A stretch of DNA of 44,087 nt from a virus (IMGVR_UViG_2541047944_000002:1-44087), one strand, 5' to 3'. Positions 10,246 to 18,987 are shown, counted from the first letter of the stretch. Translations and numbers: made by a program. The notes: generated by a model not told the origin, from the letters alone.

Positions 10246-11034
10246 ATGGCTTCAAACTGGATAAAGCTCGAGGTTATTACGCCGGATAAGCCGGAAATAT
10301 TCAGGCTTGCTGAGATTCTGAATATTGATCCAGATGCCGCATTAGGGAAGGTTATTCGCTTCTGGGCATGGGCGGATCAACAAATGATAGACGGTAATGC
10401 AGATTGTAACGCTCGCGGCGTTACAAAAAGTGCAATAGACCGCATCACTTTTATGGCTGGTTTTGCTGATGCGTTAATTCAGGTTGGATGGCTGGTCGAA
10501 AATGACGGTGGGCTTTCTCTACCTAACTTTGAACGTCATAACGGAAAAAGCTCTAAAAAACGGGCGGTTACAAACGAGCGAGTTACAAAAATACGCGAAC
10601 TGAAACGAAAAGGTAACGCTGGCAGCGTTACACAAACGGATCAAAAAGCGTTACCAGAGGAAGAGGAAGAGGAAGATATAAATACTGATCTCCCCCTAAA
10701 TCCCCCTCGCCAAAAACGAGCGTCTAAAAAATTCGAGCCGGAGGCTATCGAGCTGCCTGACTGGTTGCCGGAAACACTCTGGCATGAGTGGGTTAAGTTC
10801 AGGCAGGCATTGCGAAAACCGATTCGAACGGAGCAGGGCGCTAACGGGGCGATACGGGAGCTGGAAAAATTCCGTCAGCAGGGTTTTACACCTGAGCAGG
10901 TGATTCGACACAGCATCGCCAATGAATACCAGGGCCTGTTCGCGCCGAAAGGTGTTCGGCCTGAGACGTTGCTCCGACAGGTTAACACTGTCTCGTTGCC
11001 GGACAGTGCGATCCCGCCAGGCTTCAGGGGGTAA
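10246..11034 (+). CDS. Replication initiator, lambda O-like / DUF1376 (YdaU-like)
   Basis: Position upstream of the DnaC-like loader; contains internal iteron repeats (see repeat feature). Confidence 0.6.
   Translation: MASNWIKLEVITPDKPEIFRLAEILNIDPDAALGKVIRFWAWADQQMIDGNADCNARGVTKSAIDRITFMAGFADALIQVGWLVENDGGLSLPNFERHNGKSSKKRAVTNERVTKIRELKRKGNAGSVTQTDQKALPEEEEEEDINTDLPLNPPRQKRASKKFEPEAIELPDWLPETLWHEWVKFRQALRKPIRTEQGANGAIRELEKFRQQGFTPEQVIRHSIANEYQGLFAPKGVRPETLLRQVNTVSLPDSAIPPGFRG
10405..10634. repeat. Putative replication origin iterons (GTAACGC-N5-GCGTTAC dyads and GTTACAAA repeats)
   Basis: tgtaacgctcgcggcgttaca (10405..10425), gttacaaa x2 (10567..10591), gtaacgctggcagcgttaca (10613..10632), plus one upstream copy at 10211..10231; followed by a GAA-rich then AT-rich stretch. 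Confidence 0.55.
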
Positions 11035-11040
11035 CGGACC

Positions 11041-11787
11041 ATGAAAAATATTGCGACAGGCGGCGTTCTGGAACGCATCCGCCGACTGACCCCGCCACAT
11101 GTAACCGCCCCATTCAGAACGGTAGCGGAGTGGCGCGAGTGGCAACTTGCTGAAGGCCAGAAACGTTGTGAGGAGATCAACCGTCAGAATCGTCAGTTGC
11201 GGGTGGAAAAAATTCTGAATCGTTCAGGCATCCAGCCGTTGCACCGTAAATGCTCATTTGCGAATTACCAGGTGCAGAACGACGGCCAGCGATACGCGTT
11301 AAGCCAGGCGAAATCCATCGCCGATGAACTGATGACCGGGTGTACAAATTTTGCGTTCAGCGGAAAACCTGGTACCGGGAAGAATCACTTAGCGGCAGCT
11401 ATCGGGAATCGCCTGCTGAAAGACGGTCAGACAGTGATTGTGGTTACCGTGGCTGATGTTATGAGCGCCCTGCACGCCAGCTATGACGACGGGCAGTCAG
11501 GCGAAAAATTTTTGCGGGAGCTGTGCGAAGTGGATCTGCTGGTTCTTGATGAAATTGGCATTCAGCGCGAGACGAAAAACGAGCAGGTGGTGCTGCACCA
11601 GATTGTTGATCGCCGGACAGCGTCGATGCGCAGCGTGGGGATGCTGACAAACCTGAACTATGAGGCCATGAAAACATTGCTCGGCGAGCGGATTATGGAT
11701 CGCATGACCATGAACGGCGGGCGATGGGTGAATTTTAACTGGGAGAGCTGGCGTCCGAATGTCGTCCAGCCAGGAATTGCGAAGTGA
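11041..11787 (+). CDS. DnaC-like helicase loader / IstB-like AAA+ ATPase (YdaV-like)
   Basis: Walker A ([15 protein letters not shown]) and Walker B (DLLVLDEIG) motifs; follows the initiator gene. Confidence 0.8.
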   Translation: MKNIATGGVLERIRRLTPPHVTAPFRTVAEWREWQLAEGQKRCEEINRQNRQLRVEKILNRSGIQPLHRKCSFANYQVQNDGQRYALSQAKSIADELMTGCTNFAFSGKPGTGKNHLAAAIGNRLLKDGQTVIVVTVADVMSALHASYDDGQSGEKFLRELCEVDLLVLDEIGIQRETKNEQVVLHQIVDRRTASMRSVGMLTNLNYEAMKTLLGERIMDRMTMNGGRWVNFNWESWRPNVVQPGIAK

Positions 11788-11809
11788 TTTTTACCGGGAG
11801 GAAATTTTA

Positions 11810-12571
11810 ATGGAGACTGTTTTTGACGCACTGAAAGCGATGGGAAAAGCCACGTCGGTAGAGCTGGCTGCGCGACTTGATATCAGTCGTGAAGAAGTAC
11901 TGAACGAGCTGTGGGAACTGAAAAAGGCTGGCTTCGTTGATAAAAGCGTATACACCTGGCGTGTGGCTGATAACAACGTTCAGCAGGAACAGCCAGCGCC
12001 AGAAGAACAGCCGGAAGAAACCACCACGGCGACAGTAGCGAAAATCTCAGAGTGCGATTTAACCGCGACGATTGAACAACGCGGACCACAAACGGCGGAT
12101 GAACTGGCTACGCTGTTCGGTACAACATCCCGCAAAGTGGCTTCAACGCTGGCAATGGCAATCAGCAAAGGTCGTCTGATTCGCGTAAATCAGGGCGGTA
12201 AATTTCGTTACTGCATACCGGGCGATAATTTACCAGCAGAGCCGAAAGCTGCATCGGTAGCGGAAACTGATGGTAAAGCCTTTCCTCAGCCTGCATGTGT
12301 TGCGTTACCAGTACAGGAGGCTGCAACACAGGAAGATATTAAAACAGAAACTGTGGCGGACATTGTGCAGTCGCTGCCATCGTTCACCGAAACGCGAGCG
12401 GATGACCTGATTTTACCATCGCTGCATATGGCAAACCGCGAACTGCGTCGGGCGAAAAGTCATGTCCAGAAGTGGGCGCGAGTCTGCGCCGCGCTGCGGG
12501 AGCTGAACAAGCACCGGGATATTGTTCGACAGATTACTGATTCTTCCCGCCGTGTTGTATCGGAAAAGTGA
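11810..12571 (+). CDS. Hypothetical protein with winged-helix-like repeats
   Basis: ORF from internal Met with GGGAGG RBS ([13 protein letters not shown]...); two related segments ([26 protein letters not shown] / [27 protein letters not shown]). Confidence 0.5.
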   Translation: METVFDALKAMGKATSVELAARLDISREEVLNELWELKKAGFVDKSVYTWRVADNNVQQEQPAPEEQPEETTTATVAKISECDLTATIEQRGPQTADELATLFGTTSRKVASTLAMAISKGRLIRVNQGGKFRYCIPGDNLPAEPKAASVAETDGKAFPQPACVALPVQEAATQEDIKTETVADIVQSLPSFTETRADDLILPSLHMANRELRRAKSHVQKWARVCAALRELNKHRDIVRQITDSSRRVVSEK

Positions 12572-12586
12572 TTGCCGGAGGCACTT

Positions 12587-13009
12587 ATGGCAAAAGTATT
12601 TACACAAGAAGAGCGGGAAAAAATTAAAGGGCAGGTTGTTGAGCTAGTACGCCGGAGTGGGCGCGAGACGTTACGGCAACTGGAAGCCAAGACAGGTGCG
12701 ACAAGATATCTGATGAGCGTTCTCGCCAGAGAGCTTGTTGCCAGTGGCGATGTATATAACTCCGGCTACGGGTTATTCCCGTCAGAACAGGCTCGTAAGG
12801 ACTGGCAAAATGCCCGCAAAAAACTATCCAGGGCAAAGGTGAAGAAACCATCTGTGGTTGATCCTGACCTTATCTGGTCATTACCTGACGGAGAAATACG
12901 TCGCTACGACAGGAGTATGAACATAATCTGTCACGAGTGCCGGAAGAGTGAGGTTATGCAGCGTGTACTGGCTTTCTATCAGGGTAATTTTCAGGAGGCG
13001 GTACTGTGA
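12587..13009 (+). CDS. Hypothetical protein
   Basis: ORF with GGAGG RBS; no recognisable family. Confidence 0.5.
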   Translation: MAKVFTQEEREKIKGQVVELVRRSGRETLRQLEAKTGATRYLMSVLARELVASGDVYNSGYGLFPSEQARKDWQNARKKLSRAKVKKPSVVDPDLIWSLPDGEIRRYDRSMNIICHECRKSEVMQRVLAFYQGNFQEAVL

Positions 13010-13066
13010 GTGAAATTAGCTATCAGGCTTCAATTACCGCTGGCATTCGCATCAAAGGAGAGGAGC

Positions 13067-13423
13067 ATGGAAATAAAACCAGAAGATGAGTTAAGCAATA
13101 TCGTTTTATTTCCGGTAAAAGAGGATGACCCTCGTAATCAGGTTAATTTTCTTTATGAGCCATCGGAAAGACCATATTGCCATCACGCTTCTGTCCGGGT
13201 TGACGAAAAAGAGCGTCAGGTCCGCTGTAAAATCTGCGGTGCAGTTGTGGAGCCATTTGACTGGATGCTCTCTGTGGCGAAAAGAGAAACCAGACTGGCA
13301 GATGATGTAAGGCTATTGCGCCAGGAGGAACAGGAAAGACGGAAAAATATAGAAAAGTTAATTCAGATTGAGCGTAACGCGAAAGCGCGGATACGCAGGG
13401 TGACAAAATCCAGAACTGAATAA
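13067..13423 (+). CDS. Hypothetical protein with CxxC...CxxC zinc-ribbon-like motif
   Basis: ATG 5 nt after the conserved junction motif; CHHASVRV...CKICGAV. Confidence 0.5.
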   Translation: MEIKPEDELSNIVLFPVKEDDPRNQVNFLYEPSERPYCHHASVRVDEKERQVRCKICGAVVEPFDWMLSVAKRETRLADDVRLLRQEEQERRKNIEKLIQIERNAKARIRRVTKSRTE

Positions 13424-13518
13424 TTAAATTTAGCACTGTTAAAAATTCGATCCTTAACCGGAGGGATTTCTGCACCCTCAGAACATCAGGAGGCCGCCCG
13501 AAAGGGCGGTAACAAATA

Positions 13519-13995
13519 ATGCAAGAAATCAAAGAAAATATCAGGCAACAGCTTTACGGGTTTTATATTGCTTATGATTTGTGGCTGAAGAACGGGGCGA
13601 AACCCGGCGGAGTGTTTTCTCAAAATTATGGTTTATGCGCCAATCTTTTCGATTATCTCACATTAATTGGTACCCCCTGTGAGGCAGCGCTGGAGCAATT
13701 ACACGCTGATTTCAGAAGTGCCGGGCTGAATGAGGCGTTGCCGTTTAACGAGGGTAAAGAGCATTACCATGAAGAAAGAGGGCACAACATGTGCCATATG
13801 AATCCGGCACGAGTGGCGTGGGTCAGGGCGCAGACAGGGCAGCCAGCGCCGGAAGGACTGATTAAAGCGGTGCGTTTTTATGAGCAGGTAAAACGTGAGA
13901 ACCCGCCAGTCGAAACAGGAGCATGGAAAGACGCTGTTGACTGGGTGCTCAAAGAGGCTTGCCAGGCTGTAAACATTCGCATCAAAGGAGAGTGA
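13519..13995 (+). CDS. Hypothetical protein
   Basis: 158-aa ORF; unusual SD-hairpin-AUG leader; ends in IRIKGE encoded by the junction motif. Confidence 0.55.
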   Translation: MQEIKENIRQQLYGFYIAYDLWLKNGAKPGGVFSQNYGLCANLFDYLTLIGTPCEAALEQLHADFRSAGLNEALPFNEGKEHYHEERGHNMCHMNPARVAWVRAQTGQPAPEGLIKAVRFYEQVKRENPPVETGAWKDAVDWVLKEACQAVNIRIKGE

Positions 13996-13996
13996 G

Positions 13997-14489
13997 AATG
14001 CAAATTTCACCGGTTACTCTTCGTGTTGCGAAGGCGTTTATATCCAGACATCACCGACACAATAAACCCCCGGTGGGGCATAAATTCAGCATTGGTCTGA
14101 GAAATGATGCCGGAGAATTGATAGGTGTGGCGACAGCCGGTCGACCTGTTGCACGACATTTGGACGATGGATTAACGCTTGAAGTAAATCGCACATGTAC
14201 CACAGGAGAACGCAACGCTAACAGCGCGCTTTATGGTGCTGTCTGGCGGGCAGCAAAGGCTATGGGTTATCAACGTTGTATTACGTACACCCAGGCAGAT
14301 GAATCAGGAGCATCTCTTCGCGCAGCTGGTTTTGTTCGTGTGAAAGAGCTTCCTCCAAGAAAAAGCTGGGCGGAATCAAGCGTCGCCCTGCGGAGTAAAC
14401 GCGATCCGGTCGGAAACGGTGGTGTTCCTCGTGTGCTCTGGGAAATCAGGAGAATGAGTACCACTGGCATTCGCATCAAAGGAGAGTGA
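13997..14489 (+). CDS. Hypothetical protein, possibly GNAT-like acyltransferase fold
   Basis: ATG after junction motif; C-terminal half has a GNAT-like pattern (ALYGAVWRAAKAMGYQRCITYTQADESGASLRAAGFVRV). Weak, from memory. Confidence 0.45.
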
Positions 14490-14490
14490 T

Positions 14491-14754
14491 ATGGCAACTT
14501 TGACAAAAAAGGAACAGGCATGGTTGAGCGAATTACAGAACGTTCTTGATCGCTGCCCGTCACCGAAAAAAATTGGTTTTTACACCATTGGCGATAAAAA
14601 CATTTACCTGTATGACCTACGCCGCATGGATGAAATCATGGAGGCTCTTGATAATCGTTCGTCAATGGATTGGTGTGTTGCTGTCCATGATATGAATGCC
14701 GGATTTGAAGAAAAGATTTTGTTCCCCTCATCAGTTGAAAGCACTGCGGGTTAA
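14491..14754 (+). CDS. Hypothetical protein
   Basis: 87-aa ORF directly after the third junction-motif copy. Confidence 0.5.
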   Translation: MATLTKKEQAWLSELQNVLDRCPSPKKIGFYTIGDKNIYLYDLRRMDEIMEALDNRSSMDWCVAVHDMNAGFEEKILFPSSVESTAG

Positions 14755-14764
14755 GGAGTAACAC

Positions 14765-15589
14765 ATGACCAGTATTACCAAAGAACGTATTGAATTGTTC
14801 ATTAAAAATCCGCTTGAAAACGGGCTTGCCCGTGGCGAACAAATGGAACTGGCGCAGATTGCACTGGCCTCACTGGCAGCAGAGCCGGTGGCGTGGAAGG
14901 CAACCTTCACGCAAATTGACCATGAATATAATACGTTCACCGCTATGTATTCTGACAAAGCAGAAGTCGAACGGTGGGTGCGACTGCATAAAGTAGGTGA
15001 TTTTCGGGCAAAAATAACACCACTTTATGCATCATCGCCAGCGCTGGTAGTGCCTGATAAGTTGCCGCGTGAATACATAAGAGGTTGGCCTCTTGCGTAT
15101 AGTGATTATGCTGAAGGATGGAACGATTGCCGCGAAGCCATGCTTCAGTCAGGAAACTTTCGGGAAAACAAGGATTCGTCAACCAATAATTTTCGGGAAA
15201 TTTCGGAAACGTCAACCAACTCTCCGCTAATTCCTGGTGAAGTGTTGTCCGCAATCCGGGAGGTTGCCAGGATTCGTGCCGATTTCGATGATTTTGACGG
15301 TGACAGGCGAGGTGTTGGTGATTGTCTGGATGAGGCCGAGCAAGAGCTTATCGTTACCATTAACAAATATGCCAGTCAGTTGGCAGTAGAGCCGGTAGTA
15401 CCTGATGACGTTCTGGAACAGACAGTAGCGTCGCCAGTGCCAGGTAACCAGGTTAGCGAATTAACAATGTGGGTTAAGCGTCTGGCTCACTCCTTAAAGT
15501 ACGCCAATAGTTTAAGCAGCTTGCCTGATAAGGCGATGGAATATCTGAAGCAGAACGGGTTGGTAGGTGTGGAGGATATTTTACGATGA
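14765..15589 (+). CDS. Hypothetical protein
   Basis: 274-aa ORF with AAGGAG RBS; contains an internal imperfect tandem repeat (15158..15219). Confidence 0.55.
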   Translation: MTSITKERIELFIKNPLENGLARGEQMELAQIALASLAAEPVAWKATFTQIDHEYNTFTAMYSDKAEVERWVRLHKVGDFRAKITPLYASSPALVVPDKLPREYIRGWPLAYSDYAEGWNDCREAMLQSGNFRENKDSSTNNFREISETSTNSPLIPGEVLSAIREVARIRADFDDFDGDRRGVGDCLDEAEQELIVTINKYASQLAVEPVVPDDVLEQTVASPVPGNQVSELTMWVKRLAHSLKYANSLSSLPDKAMEYLKQNGLVGVEDILR

Positions 15590-15669
15590 CCTGGCCTGAA
15601 GCATTCGCAACGGTAGGAATGGTGATGGCGGTGGCGCTGGTGGTGTATTCGATTTGCCGCTGGGGATAA
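15586..15669 (+). CDS. Putative 27-aa hydrophobic peptide, translationally coupled
   Basis: ATGA overlap with the upstream stop; MTWPEAFATVGMVMAVALVVYSICRWG is one predicted transmembrane helix. Below ORF-track cutoff. Confidence 0.3.
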   Translation: MTWPEAFATVGMVMAVALVVYSICRWG

Positions 15670-15784
15670 AAACGGTTTGCGGGAAAAGGAGAGTTAAGTA
15701 GAATTGCTGCGGGTGCTTGAGGCTATCTGCCTCAGGCATGAACACCAAAAGGCAGATAGAGAAAAGCCCCAGTTAACATTACGC

Positions 15785-15850
15785 GTCCGGCAAGACGCTT
15801 AACATTAATCTGAGGCTCAATCTATGAACGGCAAATCTAGGTTAGCCTCT
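15785..15850 (-). ncRNA. sok: Putative Sok-like antisense RNA (approximate coordinates)
   Basis: Inferred from hok/mok organisation: antisense partner expected opposite the mok start/SD region; candidate minus-strand TTGCCT-17-TAACCT promoter just right of it. Not directly verifiable by eye. Confidence 0.3.
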
Positions 15851-16036
15851 TACGCGCCGAAAGGCAAGGAGAAGCAGGCTATGAAGCAGCAAAAGGCGAT
15901 GTTAGTCGCCCTGATCGTCATCTGTATTACCGTCATAGTGACGGCACTGGTAACGAGGAAAGACCTCTGCGAGGTACGAATCCGAACCGGCCAGACGGAG
16001 GTCGCTGTCTTCACAGCTTACGAACCTGAGGAGTAA
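15824..16036 (+). CDS. mok: Mok-like in-frame leader ORF of the hok locus
   Basis: 70-codon ORF sharing frame and stop with hok, as for mokC/hokC in K-12 (recalled). Confidence 0.5.
   Translation: MNGKSRLASYAPKGKEKQAMKQQKAMLVALIVICITVIVTALVTRKDLCEVRIRTGQTEVAVFTAYEPEE
15881..16036 (+). CDS. hok: Hok/Gef-family type I toxin
   Basis: MKQQKAMLVALIVICITVIVTALVTRKDLCEVRIRTGQTEVAVFTAYEPEE: 51 aa, single TM helix, near match to recalled HokC/Gef. Confidence 0.8.
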   Translation: MKQQKAMLVALIVICITVIVTALVTRKDLCEVRIRTGQTEVAVFTAYEPEE

Positions 16037-16106
16037 GAGACCCGGCGGGGGAGAAATCCCTCGCCACCTCTGATGTGTCAGGCATCCTCAACGCACCCGC
16101 ACTTAA

Positions 16107-16126
16107 CCCGCTTCGGCGGGTTTTTT
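16107..16126 (+). terminator. Intrinsic terminator of the hok transcript
   Basis: cccgc-ttcg-gcggg followed by tttttt. Confidence 0.6.
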
Positions 16127-16311
16127 GTTGCGCGCTGAATACGCAGGGTGAAAAATAACCATATATTTGATTATATACACAACAAAAAATAAAAGTCATT
16201 GCACCTGCACATTAAATAATCAAATATACGACGTGAAATAAATATTTTTCAGATTAATATTTTTGTCTCTATGTGGATATAACCGTTTGTACTTATAAAC
16301 CTGGAGGCATC

Positions 16312-16524
16312 GTGGAAAAAATAAAGAAACTATTTAGTAGCAAATATGCAGTCATACGTCGTGATGACCTGTCAGTTATAGTCGAAATGGATTACTTCCC
16401 TGAAACCAAAAAATCAATGATGTATCGTAATGGTCGAAAGGCAATTTTTTTACCGATGAGGGTAAGTGACATTATGGGAAATGATAAACTGCTGGATGAA
16501 TTGCGAGTCAGAGCATCCTGTTAG
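16312..16524 (+). CDS. Hypothetical small protein in an AT-rich island
   Basis: GTG start 5 nt after GGAGG; ~130 bp of AT-rich sequence upstream (16140..16270). Start codon uncertain. Confidence 0.4.
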   Translation: MEKIKKLFSSKYAVIRRDDLSVIVEMDYFPETKKSMMYRNGRKAIFLPMRVSDIMGNDKLLDELRVRASC

Positions 16525-16595
16525 TATTGGCATTAATTCTGGTATACTACATAACGGGCTGAACACCCATTCTACTGCGCCAGCGGAGAACTACG

Positions 16596-17195
16596 ATGGC
16601 GCATATACAACTGGTCAAACAAACCTCTTCTGGATTACTTCTCCCGGCGACGCCGGAGAGTTGCGATTTTTTGCATCAAATCAAAATAGGTGAGTGGATA
16701 CACGCGGACTTTAAGCGAGTGCGTAACTACGCGTTCCACAAGCGTTTTTTCAAACTCCTGCAACTGGGATTCGATTACTGGACTCCGAACGGTGGGGCGA
16801 TCACGCCTCGCGAACGAGAACTGGTGTCCGGTTTCGTTGAGTATCTGTGCGAATCAGTTGGTCGGGAACACACTCCAGCCCTGAGCGAAGCCGCAGAGCA
16901 ATATCTGAATGCCGTTGCGACACGCAGAACCCGGGATACGGCATTGCTAAAGTCGTTTGACGCTTTCCGCGAGTGGGTAACCATTCAGGCAGGATTTTAC
17001 ACCGAGCATATTTATCCTGATGGTAGTCGTGGGCGCAGGGCAAAATCTATCGCATTTGCGAATATGGACGAAACCGAGTTTCAGCAGGTTTATAAAGCCG
17101 TACTGAATGTGCTGTGGAACTGGATCCTGTTCCGTAAATTCTCCTCTCCGGAGGAAGTCGAAAATGTGGCCGCGCAGCTGCTGGAGTTTGCGTAA
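16596..17195 (+). CDS. YbcN-like protein (DUF1367)
   Basis: 199-aa ORF recalled as resembling DLP12 YbcN; conserved position upstream of Q in lambdoid prophages. Confidence 0.6.
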   Translation: MAHIQLVKQTSSGLLLPATPESCDFLHQIKIGEWIHADFKRVRNYAFHKRFFKLLQLGFDYWTPNGGAITPRERELVSGFVEYLCESVGREHTPALSEAAEQYLNAVATRRTRDTALLKSFDAFREWVTIQAGFYTEHIYPDGSRGRRAKSIAFANMDETEFQQVYKAVLNVLWNWILFRKFSSPEEVENVAAQLLEFA

Positions 17196-17485
17196 TGGTG
17201 GATTTACGTAAAGCGGCAAAAGGTCAGATGTGTACAGTCAGAATTCCTGGCTACTGCAATCACAATCCCGAAACGTCCGTGCTGGCGCATTACAGGCTGG
17301 CGGGGACGTGTGGAACAGCGACAAAACCACACGATATGCAGGCAGCGATTGCCTGCAGCTCATGCCACGATTTAATCGACGGGCGGGTAAAAACCAGCGA
17401 TTACACCAAAGAAGAATTACGCCTGATGCATGCAGAAGGTGTTTTTCGCACACAAGAAATCTGGAGAAAGGAAGGTTATTTATGA
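17195..17485 (+). CDS. YbcO-like putative nuclease (DUF1364)
   Basis: Cys/His-rich 96-aa ORF (CTVRIPGYCNHNPETSVLAHY...CSSCHD) recalled as resembling DLP12 YbcO. Confidence 0.6.
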   Translation: MVDLRKAAKGQMCTVRIPGYCNHNPETSVLAHYRLAGTCGTATKPHDMQAAIACSSCHDLIDGRVKTSDYTKEELRLMHAEGVFRTQEIWRKEGYL

Positions 17486-18036
17486 TTTACCCAACAAATA
17501 CAGGCAAAAGCGGGGAACACCTTCGTCTCACCACGCTGGAAAGTGTCTGGATTCAGGGAAAACTGCGCATGTGGGGGCGCTGGTCATATATTGGCGGCGG
17601 TAAGACGGGAAATATGTTTAACCAGTTGCTGACCTCTAAAAAGCTGACAAAAACGGCAATTAACGAGGCGCTCCGGAGGATGAAAAAAGCAGGTCTGGAC
17701 AAACCTGAACTTGAGGCTTTTTTGCGGGATATGATCAACGGCAAGCAAAAAACCTGGCTGGTGCATTGTACTGATGCAGAGGCGTTATGCATTGATCGGG
17801 TGATTAGTGAAGTGCTGGCAGAACACCCAGGATTGATTTGTATCCTCCGGCAACGATATGAAGGGAGAGGGATGACTAAGCGAAAAATGGCTGAATTGCT
17901 GAATGACGCACACCCTGAGTGGTGTTTCCGGACGTGCTGCAGTCGGGTAGATGTATGGCTAAATCTTGCTGAATATATGCTCTATCTGCCGATGCGTGAT
18001 GCATTCTCTTCCGGGGATCTAAAAACCGTTTGTTGA
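17482..18036 (+). CDS. Late-gene antiterminator Q
   Basis: ATG at 17482 (MIYPTNTGKSG...), ATGA overlap with ybcO-like stop; immediately followed by a strong promoter and short terminated leader. Confidence 0.6.
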   Translation: MIYPTNTGKSGEHLRLTTLESVWIQGKLRMWGRWSYIGGGKTGNMFNQLLTSKKLTKTAINEALRRMKKAGLDKPELEAFLRDMINGKQKTWLVHCTDAEALCIDRVISEVLAEHPGLICILRQRYEGRGMTKRKMAELLNDAHPEWCFRTCCSRVDVWLNLAEYMLYLPMRDAFSSGDLKTVC

Positions 18037-18062
18037 CTCAATCTGTTATCCGGGGCTATATT
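18033..18062 (+). promoter_or_regulatory. Late promoter PR-prime (TTGACT-18-TATATT) with qut-like leader
   Basis: -35 TTGACT overlaps the Q stop codon; -10 TATATT 18 bp downstream; two hairpins in the leader. Confidence 0.5.
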
Positions 18063-18124
18063 CCTCACGCGCCAGCAAAATCTGGCGTCGGGATTGGCGT
18101 CCCGGATGTTTACGGAGCGATATG

Positions 18125-18146
18125 AGACGCGCCCGCGTCTTTTTTC
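18125..18146 (+). terminator. tR-prime-like intrinsic terminator
   Basis: agacgcg-cc-cgcgtct followed by tttttt, about 65 nt downstream of the promoter. Confidence 0.55.
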
Positions 18147-18308
18147 ATATCGTTTGCACAGTCACATTCGCGATTTATGGCGGGCTGTGTGGGGGAGCCG
18201 AAAGGCTCGCCGGTTTCCGTACCCGGTTACGCCAACCCTGCACAGTTCGCCACCAGTTCGATTGGCGTCGTCGGTGGCGATAATTTCCAAATGTACGGAG
18301 TTATCGTT

Positions 18309-18866
18309 ATGACCACTCAAATCTCTGTTGAAACTCTCTCCCCGATCACCCATAACCAGATTCCTGTTATTACCACCGAACTTTTGGCGCAGCTTTACGG
18401 CACTGAGCCGGTGCGTATTCGCCAGAATCATCATGAGAACAAAGTACGCTTCGTTGAAGGGAAACACTTTTTCAAAGTTGTTGGTAATGACCTTAAAGAA
18501 TTGCGGGTCGCTTTAAACTACTCACAAAATCCAGTTTCACCCAAAGCCCGCTCCCTCATCCTCTGGACAGAACGAGGCGCAGCACGCCACGCCAAAATGC
18601 TCGAAACCGATCAGGCATGGGATGTGTTCGAAAAACTGGAAGACTGCTATTTCAGTCAAAAGGATCCGTCAACGCCAGTTTCATGCCAGAAAAGTTACGA
18701 CACGCGAGTTCTCTGTTATCAGAGAGGCGGTGTCACTGTTTCCACAATTCAGTTACGGGATGATGATATTGTTATTTCCCTTGAGTCATGGCTGGAACTG
18801 GCGAGAGCCAATGGTTGGTTTGTTGTTCGCAGAGATAAACTGGTGGAAAGGTTGATGCAGCTTTAA
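18309..18866 (+). CDS. ORF6N/Bro-N-like DNA-binding protein (antirepressor-like cargo gene)
   Basis: ATG at 18309 with GGAG RBS; family call from memory and uncertain; sits between tR-prime and the holin. Confidence 0.45.
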   Translation: MTTQISVETLSPITHNQIPVITTELLAQLYGTEPVRIRQNHHENKVRFVEGKHFFKVVGNDLKELRVALNYSQNPVSPKARSLILWTERGAARHAKMLETDQAWDVFEKLEDCYFSQKDPSTPVSCQKSYDTRVLCYQRGGVTVSTIQLRDDDIVISLESWLELARANGWFVVRRDKLVERLMQL

Positions 18867-18962
18867 AAAAGTTCTTGCATTTTTGCACATAAACTGCTTC
18901 AATTCCGGTACGCTTCGCAAAGCTGTATCGCGAGGCGAACCAAGCGCATGAACTTTACCAGA

Positions 18963-18987
18963 ACCCGCCATTGAGCGGGTTTTGTTG
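18963..18987 (+). terminator. Intrinsic terminator after the ORF6N-like gene
   Basis: acccgc-cattga-gcgggt followed by tttgttgttt. Confidence 0.55.

Noticed and set aside
15158-15219. Imperfect ~29-bp tandem repeat inside the 14765 gene
   Set aside because: It simply encodes a duplicated peptide (FRENKDSSTNN / FREISETSTNS) within one ORF; no sign of a DNA-level element.
17230-17481. Upstream extension of the Q ORF (268-aa version)
   Set aside because: The extension overlaps the ybcO-like gene in another frame; Q more plausibly starts at ATG 17482 with an ATGA overlap.
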